Source: Vicinamibacteria bacterium (GTDB lineage: Bacteria > Acidobacteriota > Vicinamibacteria > Marinacidobacterales > Marinacidobacteraceae). From it: a stretch of 64,000 bases of DNA. A program made the translations under genes and the position numbers. The notes beneath the pieces are model-generated. The model was not told where the DNA came from. It was given only the letters and a program-made list of their open reading frames with translations, and made no database searches. Shown here piece after piece: positions 48,715 through 57,928 of this stretch (position 1 is the first letter of the stretch; every line of letters starts with the position of its first letter). The stretch lies in the NCBI GenBank assembly GCA_965199715.1, contig OZ241322.1, forward strand, positions 1,824,001-1,888,000, written 5' to 3'.

Positions 48715-49779
48715 TCACAACTCAACCTCGAACCCAACGTCGTGCGCGGCGAACAGCGGATTCAGGTCGTCCACGGTCCGGTCCAGAAGGCGCGCCGCCC
48801 TCCGGGCTGAAATCTGGCCCTGGTCGATCGCGCGGCCGAGAACTTCCATGAAGGGCCGTGAGAACGCAGGGGGTTCGGCGTCCCGGCGAACCGCTCGGCC
48901 GGCCTTGTCCTCGGAGTCCGCCACCTGCTCCGGGACGGCCTCCGGTTTCAGCATCCCCAACCCGACCAGCCGCGATCCGACGGCGGAGCGCGGGACGCGC
49001 AGCGGAGCCGCGACAGCAGCGATGCGAGCGGCGACGGCGCCTCGCTCGAGCGAGGACCATTCCTCCGGTCGCCCGAGGCTCGAGGCCGGGATCAGGACGG
49101 CGGCGGCGAAGGCGTCGGCGAGTCGGCGCGACCGGCGCGGCGGCACGGCCTCCCAGGCAAGGAGACAAAACAGCTCGCGCGCCAGGCCGAGGTTGCGTTC
49201 TTCCTCCACGTTCCGGCGGGCGATCAGGACCGTGTCCAGGTCCGGAGTTCGACAAGCGGCGCTCGAGACTCCTTCGGGAAGATCCACGAGGAGCACGAGG
49301 ATCCCGATGTCTCGCTCCATCGTTCCGATCAGTCTCTCCGCGGGCGCGTCGCCGAGGCCGAAGGACGCGGCGAAGCGCTCCCCTGCGTCGGGGGCGACCT
49401 CCGGGCGCGCGCCGCGGTGGAGACGAAGCGAGTTTCGCATCAGGGGCAGGGGTCGTCCGACCCGTGGCGACAACTCACGAAACGCGGCGATCCAACGCTC
49501 GGCGCGGTGCTCGAAGGCGGAGCGCTCGCCCGCCGGGCCGGCGTCCCGACGCCACGAGGCGTCGCCGAGATGGAAGCGATCGGTGAAGTCGCCGGGCGGC
49601 ACGTCCAGGGTCTCGGCGGCGACGAGGAGTTCATCGGCGGAGACCTTGCGCAGTCCGTTCTCGATCGCGGAGACGGTCTGCCGGTCCTTGAAGCCTAGGA
49701 ATTTGGCGACGTCCGCCTGAGAGAGTCCGCGCTCCCTGCGGAGCGCCCGGATGCGCAAGCCGATCACGCTGATTGTCAT
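48715..49779 (-). CDS. XRE HTH + degenerate ImmA/IrrE-like domain
   Basis: RIRALR..RGLSQADVA..RQTVSAIENG HTH; the HExxH position reads ARELFC. Confidence 0.85.
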   Translation of the reverse strand: MTISVIGLRIRALRRERGLSQADVAKFLGFKDRQTVSAIENGLRKVSADELLVAAETLDVPPGDFTDRFHLGDASWRRDAGPAGERSAFEHRAERWIAAFRELSPRVGRPLPLMRNSLRLHRGARPEVAPDAGERFAASFGLGDAPAERLIGTMERDIGILVLLVDLPEGVSSAACRTPDLDTVLIARRNVEEERNLGLARELFCLLAWEAVPPRRSRRLADAFAAAVLIPASSLGRPEEWSSLERGAVAARIAAVAAPLRVPRSAVGSRLVGLGMLKPEAVPEQVADSEDKAGRAVRRDAEPPAFSRPFMEVLGRAIDQGQISARRAARLLDRTVDDLNPLFAAHDVGFEVEL

Positions 49780-49800
49780 GGTTGTATTGCGAACGAGAGA

Positions 49801-49819
49801 ATGCAAGAACGCATTGCAT
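49801..49819. promoter_or_regulatory. Operator-like inverted repeat upstream of the XRE gene
   Basis: ATGCAA-N7-TTGCAT in an AT-rich 43-bp spacer. Confidence 0.5.
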
Positions 49820-49822
49820 ATC

Positions 49823-50992
49823 TTATGACGCGACGCCGAGAAGCACTCGCGCCAGCTCCCAGAGGCTGATGACCTCCACCCCCTCCGCGACCCGGTAACG
49901 GTCGTCGCCCGGATAGACCACGAAGGAGCGGGCCGGACGAAGATCCTCCCGGGCATGATGAAACCCGCGATCGAGAGCGGGCGCGAGGCTGCGCTTGACC
50001 TCGACGGCCCAGAGCTCGCCGCCGCCCATCTCCAGCACCAGGTCGATCTCGGCGCCGGCCGCGGTGCGGTAGAACCACCCTTGCGTCCGGTCGGGCGCCG
50101 CCGCGAGCAGGTTCTCCACCACGAATCCCTCCCAGCTCGGGCCGGCGACGGGATGGCCCAGCACCGCTTTCCGGTCGTCGAGGCGGAGAAGCGAATGGAC
50201 GAGCCCGCTGTCGCGCACGAAGACCTTCGGCGCCTTCACGAGGCGCTTGCCGACGTTCGCGCGCCACGGCGGCAGCCGGCGCACGAGCAGCAGATCGACG
50301 AGCAGGTCCACGTATCGGGAGACCGTCCGCACGTTGACGCCGAGGCTATGGGCGAGCCGGGCGGCGTTCAGGGGGGCGCCCTGGCTGTGCGCGAGCATCG
50401 TCCAGAAGCGGCGGAGCGTCTCGGCGGGAAGGCGCGGCCCGAACTGCGGGACGTCGCGCTCGAGATACGTGCGGATGAAGTTCTCGCGCCACTGGACGCT
50501 CGCCCCGTCGCCGTCCGCGAGCAGGCTGTCGGGGAAGCCGCCGCGAATCCAGAGCATCCGCCGCGCGCCGCTGGCGACCTCGAAGTCGCGGAGCGGCCCC
50601 AGCTCCACGTTGGCGACCCGGCCGGCGAGGGACTCGCCGGACTGGCGGAACCGGTCGAGCGAGGCGGATCCGATGAGGAAGAACCGCCCGGCGCGCAGGC
50701 CGCGGCTGCGTCCCTCGTCCATGACGCCCCGAAGCGTCGGAAACAGCCTCGGCATCCTCTGGATCTCGTCCAGAATCAACAGCTTGTCTTCGTGGTCGCG
50801 GAGGAAGAGCTCGGGGTCGGCCAACTGAGCGCGCTCGGCGGGCCGCTCGAGGTCGAGGCGCACGCTCGGTCGCGTCGCCGCGATTTTCGCGGCCAGCGCG
50901 GTCTTTCCGACCTGACGCGGCCCGAGCAGGACGACCGCCGGGAACTGCTCCAGCCGTTTGAGGACGGAGGGGAGTAGGTGGCGCGGAATCAT
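49823..50992 (-). CDS. AAA_14 ATPase with DUF4143 and C-terminal PD-(D/E)XK-like motif
   Basis: GPRQVGKT, LDEIQ, ESLAGR, RGGFP, PKVFVRDSGL and EIDLVL...VEVK motifs. Confidence 0.9.
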   Translation of the reverse strand: MIPRHLLPSVLKRLEQFPAVVLLGPRQVGKTALAAKIAATRPSVRLDLERPAERAQLADPELFLRDHEDKLLILDEIQRMPRLFPTLRGVMDEGRSRGLRAGRFFLIGSASLDRFRQSGESLAGRVANVELGPLRDFEVASGARRMLWIRGGFPDSLLADGDGASVQWRENFIRTYLERDVPQFGPRLPAETLRRFWTMLAHSQGAPLNAARLAHSLGVNVRTVSRYVDLLVDLLLVRRLPPWRANVGKRLVKAPKVFVRDSGLVHSLLRLDDRKAVLGHPVAGPSWEGFVVENLLAAAPDRTQGWFYRTAAGAEIDLVLEMGGGELWAVEVKRSLAPALDRGFHHAREDLRPARSFVVYPGDDRYRVAEGVEVISLWELARVLLGVAS

Positions 50993-51034
50993 CCTTGTAA
51001 ATCATGCATCACGATGCATGATTTACAAGGATGA
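50989..51034. repeat. Perfect 22-bp inverted repeat with a 2-nt spacer
   Basis: TCATCCTTGTAAATCATGCATC-AC-GATGCATGATTTACAAGGATGA. Confidence 0.95.
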
Positions 51035-51036
51035 CG

Positions 51037-51936
51037 CTAGCTCCCGCTCAGTTCGGCCCAGATCTTCCGGATGTCCAGCCGGGCCGCGAGCCGCCCCAGA
51101 TCCGCCGCGACGTCCTCCGGGATCGGGATCCCGTGAGTGCGGCGCTCCTCCTCCACGGCGAACTCGTCCGTTCCCGGGTGGTCCGCTCCGGCGTGGCGCA
51201 GGGTGTTGAGGCGCGCCGCCATCCGGTTGCGGAAGCCCGCCCACGGCGCGAACGCTCGCACCCGGAACGCGAGGAAGAGGCCCCCGCGCCCCTTGTGCAC
51301 CGGATCGGGCCGGGCGGCCTCGAGTTCGTGCGGGAGCGCCGCGCCGGCGAGCCCGACGAGCGCCTCCAGCGCGAACGCGAGCCCCGGGTCGCCGCCGCCG
51401 TCCGGCAGGGTCCGGTTGAGGATCGTGGGCGCCTGGGTCTCCTCGGTGGGCGCGGCGATCCCGAACCGGATCGTGGCCGGTCCGGATTCGGAGGGAGCGC
51501 CGCTCTCGATCGCCACGCCCGCCATCTGGTGCGAGAGCGCGAGTCGGGCGAAGTGCGCGGGGGCCCCGAAGCGGGTTCCGCCCCGAAGCGCGGCCGCTCC
51601 CACCCCCTGGCGGTTCGCCCCGCCGATGGCCTCCTGCATGGCGCGGTGCGCCGCGACCGGTCCCGGCCCGTGGTCGCCGTCGAGCACGACGGTGCTCCCC
51701 GACGCCGACACTTCCTCGACGCGGGGGCGGGCGTTCACGTGGCGGGTCGAGAGGTCGTCCACGAGTTCGGGCAGCCACGCGACGCCGTCGGGGTCGAACC
51801 CCATCAGGTTCGCGTCCACCATGGCGTCCGCGGTCCGGGACGCGAACTCCGGGGCCAGCCGCATCCGCTTCAGGCACTCCCGGACGAAGAAGTGGAGCCG
51901 ACCGTACCGGGCCCGGAGCGGACTCGCCCGGCTCAC
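51037..51936 (-). CDS. Ldh_2 (malate/L-lactate dehydrogenase type 2) family homologue, degenerate
   Basis: ADAMVDANL.G..G, LDGDHGPGPVAA..AM..AI and FGA motifs; conserved His positions substituted. Confidence 0.7.
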   Translation of the reverse strand: MSRASPLRARYGRLHFFVRECLKRMRLAPEFASRTADAMVDANLMGFDPDGVAWLPELVDDLSTRHVNARPRVEEVSASGSTVVLDGDHGPGPVAAHRAMQEAIGGANRQGVGAAALRGGTRFGAPAHFARLALSHQMAGVAIESGAPSESGPATIRFGIAAPTEETQAPTILNRTLPDGGGDPGLAFALEALVGLAGAALPHELEAARPDPVHKGRGGLFLAFRVRAFAPWAGFRNRMAARLNTLRHAGADHPGTDEFAVEEERRTHGIPIPEDVAADLGRLAARLDIRKIWAELSGS

Positions 51937-53258
51937 GGAAGCAGCTCCTGGATCCGGTTGGCCCAGCCCCAGAGCAGGACGATGAAGATCGAGATCGGGA
52001 CCACGTAGCGGATCCAGAACCGCCAGCGGTCCGTCAGCCGGGCCTTCCGGTCGCCCCGGTTGGCCTCGGCCAGCGCCCGCTTCCGCGAAACGCAGAACCC
52101 GAGCGCGAGCAGGGTCAGGCCGGAGCCGACGGGCTGCATCGTGGAGCCCCAGATCAGGTCGCTCCACTCGAGGAAGCGCGCGCTCGCCATCGAGGGAAGC
52201 GCGAGCGGGATCTGCACCGCGACCGCGGCGATCACGATGGTGAGGCGCGACTTGCCGGTCCACGCCATGCCGGCGTTCACGATCACTTCCAGCGCCGCGA
52301 TCGCCGAGAGGAAGGCGGCGAGGAACAGCGCGGCGAAGAAGAGCGGGGCGACCAATTGGCCGAGCGGCATCCGCCCGAACACCTCGGGCAGCGTGAAGAA
52401 CAGGAGCGGCGGGCCGCTGTCCGGCTGGGCGCCCAGCGCGAAAGCCGCCGGGATCACCGCGAGGCCGCCCAGAAGCGCGGCTCCGGTGTCTCCGGCGATC
52501 GTCGTGCCCGCGAGACCGCGCAGGCTGACGCGGCGGGGCAGGTAGCTGCCGTACACCAGAAAGAACGTGCCGCCGAGCGACAGGCTGAAGAACGCCTGCC
52601 CCAGCGCCGCGAGGAAGGTGCCGCTCGTGACCCGGCTGAGATCCGGGTAGAACAGGTAGCGCAGCCCCTCGCTCGCGCCCGGCAGCGTGACCGAACGGAT
52701 CACGACCAGCAGCAGCATCACGCCGACGAGCGGCATCGCGATCCGGGAGACCCGCTCGATCCCCTTCGAGACTCCGAGCGCGATGACCACGGCCATCCCG
52801 ACGAACACGCAGACGGTGGCGCCCACGTTCAGGAACGTGATTCCGGAGAAGTGCTCGAGGTAGAAGGCCTCCGAGTTCTCGACGATGCCGCCCCGGACCG
52901 TGTAGTAGAAGACCTGCGCCACGACCACCGTGTAGTACGAGGTCGCCATGAACACGGTCACGAAGAGCATCGGCCCGATCGCCTTCGCTCCCGGCGTCCG
53001 GACTCTCCGGAAGGCGTCCACGGGTCCGGCCCGGGTGAGGCGGCCGAGGCTCCATTCGCCGATGAGCGCCGGCGCTCCAAGGGCGATGACGAAGAGGATG
53101 TAGATCAGGACGAAGGCCCCGCCCCCGTACTGACCCGCCATGTACGGGAAGCGCCAGATGTTCGCGAGCCCCACCGCGACCCCGATCAGGGTCATCCGGG
53201 ACCCGAACGAGGTGCGGAAGCGCTCGAGCTTCATGCGCTCTCCGAGGGGGGCGTCCAC
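51933..53258 (-). CDS. Sodium-dependent transporter (NSS/SNF family)
   Basis: AVGLANIWRFPY..GGGAF and GQAFFSLSLG motifs. Confidence 0.92.
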   Translation of the reverse strand: MDAPLGERMKLERFRTSFGSRMTLIGVAVGLANIWRFPYMAGQYGGGAFVLIYILFVIALGAPALIGEWSLGRLTRAGPVDAFRRVRTPGAKAIGPMLFVTVFMATSYYTVVVAQVFYYTVRGGIVENSEAFYLEHFSGITFLNVGATVCVFVGMAVVIALGVSKGIERVSRIAMPLVGVMLLLVVIRSVTLPGASEGLRYLFYPDLSRVTSGTFLAALGQAFFSLSLGGTFFLVYGSYLPRRVSLRGLAGTTIAGDTGAALLGGLAVIPAAFALGAQPDSGPPLLFFTLPEVFGRMPLGQLVAPLFFAALFLAAFLSAIAALEVIVNAGMAWTGKSRLTIVIAAVAVQIPLALPSMASARFLEWSDLIWGSTMQPVGSGLTLLALGFCVSRKRALAEANRGDRKARLTDRWRFWIRYVVPISIFIVLLWGWANRIQELLP

Positions 53259-53974
53259 CGGGGGAAGTCCCGGGCGTTCAGGGCTTCGCCGGTCTCGGTT
53301 CCGTCGGGAGCCGCCAGCAGGACGAACGCCTCGGCGACGTCCTCCGGCGTGGGCAGCGTGCCCGGATCCTCGTCCGGGTAGGCGGCGGCGCGCATCGAGG
53401 TGCGGGTGGCGCCCGGGTTCACGCTGTTGACCCGCAGCCCGGTCCCCGCGAACTCGGCGGCGAGCACCTGGGTGAATCCCTCGAGGCCGAACTTGGACAC
53501 CGCGTAGGGCCCCCAGTTGGGCTTGCCGATCCGTCCCACCGTGGAGCTCACGTTGACAATGGAGGCCGACTCGCGCGCCGCGAGCCCCGGAAGCAGCGCC
53601 CGGGTGAGGTAGAAGAGGCTCGACGTGTTGATCCGCAGCACGTCGTCCCAGACATCGATCCGCTGCTCGCCGACCGGCGCCCGCTCGCCGAGAATCGAGG
53701 CGTTGTTCACGAGCACGGACAGCTCCGGGAACCGGGCGAGCGCCTCGTCCGCCAGCGCCCGGGCGGAGTCGGCGTCGCCGAGGTCGGCGGGGAACGACGC
53801 GATCCGGCCCGGCCAGTCGCGCTCGAGGTCGCGGGCGGTCGCCGCGAGCCGCTCGGGATCGCGCGCGCTCAGGAACACGCGCGCGCCTTCGTGGAGGAAG
53901 GCGCGGGCGATCCCGAGCCCGATGCCGCGGGAGCTCCCGGTGACCAGCGCGGCCACCCCGTCCAATCTGCTCAT
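53231..53974 (-). CDS. Short-chain dehydrogenase/reductase (YciK-like)
   Basis: TGSSRGIG, NNAS, YAVSK and NPGATRTSMRAAAYP motifs. Confidence 0.88.
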   Translation of the reverse strand: MSRLDGVAALVTGSSRGIGLGIARAFLHEGARVFLSARDPERLAATARDLERDWPGRIASFPADLGDADSARALADEALARFPELSVLVNNASILGERAPVGEQRIDVWDDVLRINTSSLFYLTRALLPGLAARESASIVNVSSTVGRIGKPNWGPYAVSKFGLEGFTQVLAAEFAGTGLRVNSVNPGATRTSMRAAAYPDEDPGTLPTPEDVAEAFVLLAAPDGTETGEALNARDFPRWTPPSESA

Positions 53975-54090
53975 GATGTCTCCGTTCGCGCTTCCTCGCG
54001 CTTCAGCCGCACGTGCAATCCGACCAGCCGGACCACGTACGCGCCGGTCATCAGGAAGAACGCCGCGTATCCGGCGGCCAGCCACCCCAT
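53971..54090 (-). CDS. ccmD: Heme exporter protein CcmD
   Basis: 39 aa, one TM segment with Tyr and a basic tail, directly after ccmC. Confidence 0.7.
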   Translation of the reverse strand: MGWLAAGYAAFFLMTGAYVVRLVGLHVRLKREEARTETS

Positions 54091-54758
54091 CAGGCCCGAG
54101 CTTCCTCTAGCCGGATCCGCCGCATCTCGAGCCCGGTGCGGGCGCGGAGCAGCGTGAGGAACAGCAGGGTGAAGGCGACCACCGCCAGCAGCAGCGCGAC
54201 GGCCATGTCGGGGTGGAGCCCGGAATCCGGGCCGCCCATGATGACCGGCTGGGGGTGCTGGGTGCGCCACCAGCGGATCGAGAAGTACACGATCGGCACG
54301 TCCGCGGCGCCCAGCACGCCGATCACCGCGGCGAGGTTGGCCCGCCGCTCGGGGTCGTCCACGTAGCCGCGCAGCATCAAGTAGCCGCAGTAGGTCAGCC
54401 AAAGGATGAACGCGGTGGTCAGCCGCGCGTCCCACGTCCACCAGATCCCCCACGCCGGCTTCGCCCAGATCATCCCCATCGCGAGGCCGATCGTCGTGAA
54501 CAGCACGCCGATCTCGGCGGACGCGAGCGCCGCCGCGTCGTACTCGGGACGGCGGGTCCTGAGCCACCCGACGCTCGCCCCGGCGACCACGAAGAACGCC
54601 AGGAAGGCGAGCCACCAGGCGGCCACGTGGAAGTAGAAGATCCGCTGCAAGTCGCCCATCGTCAGCTCGGTGGGGGCGTGGAAGAAGGCCGCCCAGAGCG
54701 CGACCGCAAGCGCGACCGCGGTCGCGGCCGCCATCGCCGTTACGGAGGGGAGCCGCAC
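54090..54758 (-). CDS. ccmC: Heme exporter/cytochrome c biogenesis protein CcmC
   Basis: RIFYFHV, WGIWWTWDARLT (WWD domain) and WWRTQHP motifs. Confidence 0.92.
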   Translation of the reverse strand: MRLPSVTAMAAATAVALAVALWAAFFHAPTELTMGDLQRIFYFHVAAWWLAFLAFFVVAGASVGWLRTRRPEYDAAALASAEIGVLFTTIGLAMGMIWAKPAWGIWWTWDARLTTAFILWLTYCGYLMLRGYVDDPERRANLAAVIGVLGAADVPIVYFSIRWWRTQHPQPVIMGGPDSGLHPDMAVALLLAVVAFTLLFLTLLRARTGLEMRRIRLEEARA

Positions 54759-54817
54759 CTCAGGCGGCCCCGGAGCGGCCGGGGCGCATCAGGATCGGCC
54801 GAAACTATACTCGGCGG

Positions 54818-55630
54818 ATGCGCCCCGTCCCGCTGCTCGCGGCCCTCGTCCTGTCCGGCGGTTTCGCGGCCGCGCAGACGCTTCCGGCGGGCGACGCACA
54901 GGCCCGCGATCGCCTGAACTCCTCGCCCCGGCACGGAGAGTGGGTTTCGGTTCCGGTCGGCGACGACGCCGTCGAGTCGTGGGTGGTCTGGCCCGAGCGG
55001 TCCGACCCCGCTCCGGTGGTCGTGGTGATCCACGAGATCTACGGGCTCACCGACTGGATCCGGGGGGTGGCCGACCAGCTCGCCGCCGCCGGGTTTCTCG
55101 CCGTGGCGCCCGATCTGCTCACCGGGAAGGGGCCCGACGGCGGGCGCACCGACTCGGTCGATCGAGACGGCGCGGTGGCGCTGATCCGGGCCCTCGACGC
55201 GGACGAGGCGCACCGGCGGCTCGAGGGCGTCGCCGCATGGGCCAAGGCGCAGCCCGGAGCCGGGGACGCTTGGGGATCCGTCGGCTTCTGCTGGGGCGGG
55301 CGCACCAGCTTCACGCTCGCCACGGTCGCGGACGGGCTCGGCGCCGCGGTCGTGTACTACGGCTCCTCGCCGGACGCGGACGCGCTCGCCGGGATCGAGG
55401 CCCCGGTGCTCGGGCTCTACGGCGGCGACGACGAGCGGGTCAACGCGACGATCCCGGAGGCGCGCCAGCGCATGGAGGAACTCGGCAAGGCGTTCCCGAT
55501 CGAGATCTACGACGGCGCCGGACACGGCTTCCTGCGGGCGCAGGACGGGCGCGAGGGCCGGAACCTGACGGCAGCGTCGCAGGCGTGGCCGCGCACCGTC
55601 CGCTTCTTCCGGGAGCACCTCGGCTCCTGA
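54818..55630 (+). CDS. Exported dienelactone hydrolase family protein
   Basis: Signal peptide, HEIYGL, GFCWGG and AGHGF motifs. Confidence 0.9.
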   Translation: MRPVPLLAALVLSGGFAAAQTLPAGDAQARDRLNSSPRHGEWVSVPVGDDAVESWVVWPERSDPAPVVVVIHEIYGLTDWIRGVADQLAAAGFLAVAPDLLTGKGPDGGRTDSVDRDGAVALIRALDADEAHRRLEGVAAWAKAQPGAGDAWGSVGFCWGGRTSFTLATVADGLGAAVVYYGSSPDADALAGIEAPVLGLYGGDDERVNATIPEARQRMEELGKAFPIEIYDGAGHGFLRAQDGREGRNLTAASQAWPRTVRFFREHLGS

Positions 55631-55631
55631 G

Positions 55632-57017
55632 TCAGCGGACCAGCGTGAACGGCTGGCTGGTCTCGAAGGCGTTGTCCCGGTAGCGGATCCGGATCGCCAG
55701 TTCGTAGCGGCCCGGCGCGAACCCGTCAAGCCGGAACTCCGCGTTGGCGGCGGCTTGGCGCGTGCTCGTCGGGACCGCCTCGGGGGCGATGAACCCGGCG
55801 TCGCTGCCCTCGCGCCGGATCGTGTATTCGGCGACGACCTCGGGCAGCTCGCCGTCGTCGTCGCGCTCGCCCGGGTAGAAGAAGTAGAAGGCGCCGAGCG
55901 TCTCCTGCTGGCGAAAGACCCCGGTCGGGCGCGGGTGGAACCGGGTGCGGCCGAACTGGAAGGCCCGCTCGGGACCGCCCTCGGGGAGCACCGTCGGCTC
56001 GGCGTCGCTGTAGAGCACCACCGACGAGAAGCCGGCCGCGTCCGCCGCGAACTCGGGGACGTCGAGCGTGACCGCGGCTGCCCCGTACCCTTCCGACTGC
56101 TCGTCCACGAACCCGAGGACGACCCGGCGGCGTCCCGGCTCGGCGTCCAGCGCCAGCTCGAAGCGGGCGCGCCCTTCCGCGGCGCGGATGGTCGTATAGG
56201 CCACGTCCCTTGGTTCGTCCGCGACCACGCGGGCGAACACCGAGGCCGCGCCCTGCCCGTCGGGTCCGGGGACGAGCGCTCCCTCCCGCGCCTCGAGCAG
56301 CAGCGCGACGCGGGTCGCGCCGGGTTCGCCCCGGAAGAACGCTGGCGCGACCGAGAAGGGGATTCCCTCGGGCTCCTCGCTCGCGGGGTCGAAGCCGGTC
56401 AGCACCCGGCGGGCGCGATCCGACCCGCCTCCCGGCAGGTCGGGCAATCGGAGCCTTCCGTCCGCGCCCCGGACGTAGCCGATCTCCTCGCGGGCGACCA
56501 CCCGTCGGCGCGCCTCCTCGAGCGCGTCATCGACTTCGTTCCGGTTCTCGATCCAGAGCCTCCCGTCGGGGTCGGGGAAGAAGATCGCCGAGAGGTCGTC
56601 CCGAAGTCCGGCTTCGGGGTCGGCGGGCCACACCCACCGGACTCCCGCCGGGCGGGTCTCGGACGCCGGCTCGCGAAGGGTCTGGAGCGGCATGCCAAGG
56701 AACACGAAGACCCGGGCGCGGTCGCCGCCGCCGTCGTCCCCGGAGTCGTCCATGAAGTTGCGGTTCGCGAGCCGCACGCGGGTCAGGAAGCGGTCGAGGG
56801 TCTCGTTCTCCGGCGTCGTCGGGTCCGGATCGCGCCGAAGCCAGAAGAGCCGCCGGAAGCTGGCGAGGTCGCCCTGCGTCCGCGCCTCGATGGAGGCCCG
56901 CCGCTCGTCCTCGGTCATCAGGAACGACTCGAGCCACCCCAGCTCGACGCCGCTCGGGTTCCCGCCCTGGGCCGCGGCGGCGCCCGCGACGAGGAGGAGG
57001 GCCGGGAGGAACCGCAT
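55632..57017 (-). CDS. GWxTD-domain-like exported protein
   Basis: Signal peptide and FWLRRDPDPTTPENE..RV..AN..F..DR.RV...LG.P; the GWxTD core is degenerate. Confidence 0.75.
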   Translation of the reverse strand: MRFLPALLLVAGAAAAQGGNPSGVELGWLESFLMTEDERRASIEARTQGDLASFRRLFWLRRDPDPTTPENETLDRFLTRVRLANRNFMDDSGDDGGGDRARVFVFLGMPLQTLREPASETRPAGVRWVWPADPEAGLRDDLSAIFFPDPDGRLWIENRNEVDDALEEARRRVVAREEIGYVRGADGRLRLPDLPGGGSDRARRVLTGFDPASEEPEGIPFSVAPAFFRGEPGATRVALLLEAREGALVPGPDGQGAASVFARVVADEPRDVAYTTIRAAEGRARFELALDAEPGRRRVVLGFVDEQSEGYGAAAVTLDVPEFAADAAGFSSVVLYSDAEPTVLPEGGPERAFQFGRTRFHPRPTGVFRQQETLGAFYFFYPGERDDDGELPEVVAEYTIRREGSDAGFIAPEAVPTSTRQAAANAEFRLDGFAPGRYELAIRIRYRDNAFETSQPFTLVR

Positions 57018-57049
57018 CCCGGCAAACTAGCAATTTGGCGGCTTGGTCG

Positions 57050-57928
57050 CCGCTGTCCCATCCGCGTGGCGTAATCGAGGTCCCGCTCCTCCGTGAACGC
57101 CGGCGAATCCTCGGCCCACTGGAGGCGAGCGGTCCTCCGGGCGAGCTTCGGAGCCGCGAACACGCACCGCTGGTCGTACTCGCGGTACATGGACCGGAAG
57201 GCGCTCTCGAACCGGAGCGGGCTTTCCGCGTGGGGCCAGCGTTCGGCGATCCCCAGCGCTCGCGGCGCGACGCGAGCGCGACGGATTCGTAGCGGGTGAC
57301 GTCGTTTCGGATGCCCCGGCGCCCGGCGAGTCCCGCCAGGGCGTCGTGATAGCGCTGGATGGCGTCGACCACGGAGCCGTCGGCGCGCAGCGCCACGTCG
57401 CTCGCCGAGGCGTTCCCGCTCGCATCCGCCGTCACCAGCCCGGCGTCCCGCGGGTCGAGAGGCCCTTCCGGCGTCCCACGGAGGAAATGGAGGAAGCCGT
57501 ACACCAGGTTCGGAGATGTGGAGGTTCGCGCAGTCGCCGACGGCTTCCTCCATCCGGTTCGTCAGATTCCGGTATGCGTTCTGCGTCCCCTTGATCGAGA
57601 TGGCGAGGCACGGGCCGATGGCGGGTTTCGCGACGGTTACGTCCACGTCCTTGGTCTTCAGGCCCCCGATCACGGTCTGCTCGCCCGTTCCTCCACGCTC
57701 CGGCGCGTGAAGGAGGCGAGCGCCGGCTCTTGAAACCTCGACCTTGAACGGGGGCCGGGGGGTGATTTCGTCGGGACGGAATCCCCCTTCGACGACGAGT
57801 CTTGAGGCGCCGTGCCAGTGGAGCGGCCGGATGTGGGCCCGGCTCCGGGTCCTGCCGGCGGGATGCACGAAGTGGGCGAGGGCTTCCCGCAGGGATAGCC
57901 ACCGGCAGCGGTCATCCAGCCCGGGCAC
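57050..57928 (-). pseudogene. PaeR7I/XhoI-like type II restriction endonuclease, frameshifted
   Basis: KDVDV..AISIKG..NLTNRMEEAVG; frame switches near 57514 and 57271; native stop apparently lost. Confidence 0.7.

Noticed and set aside
48546-48851. C-terminal extension of the Vsr frame
   Set aside because: Low-complexity sequence running antisense into the XRE gene; probably loss of a stop codon in a pseudogene.
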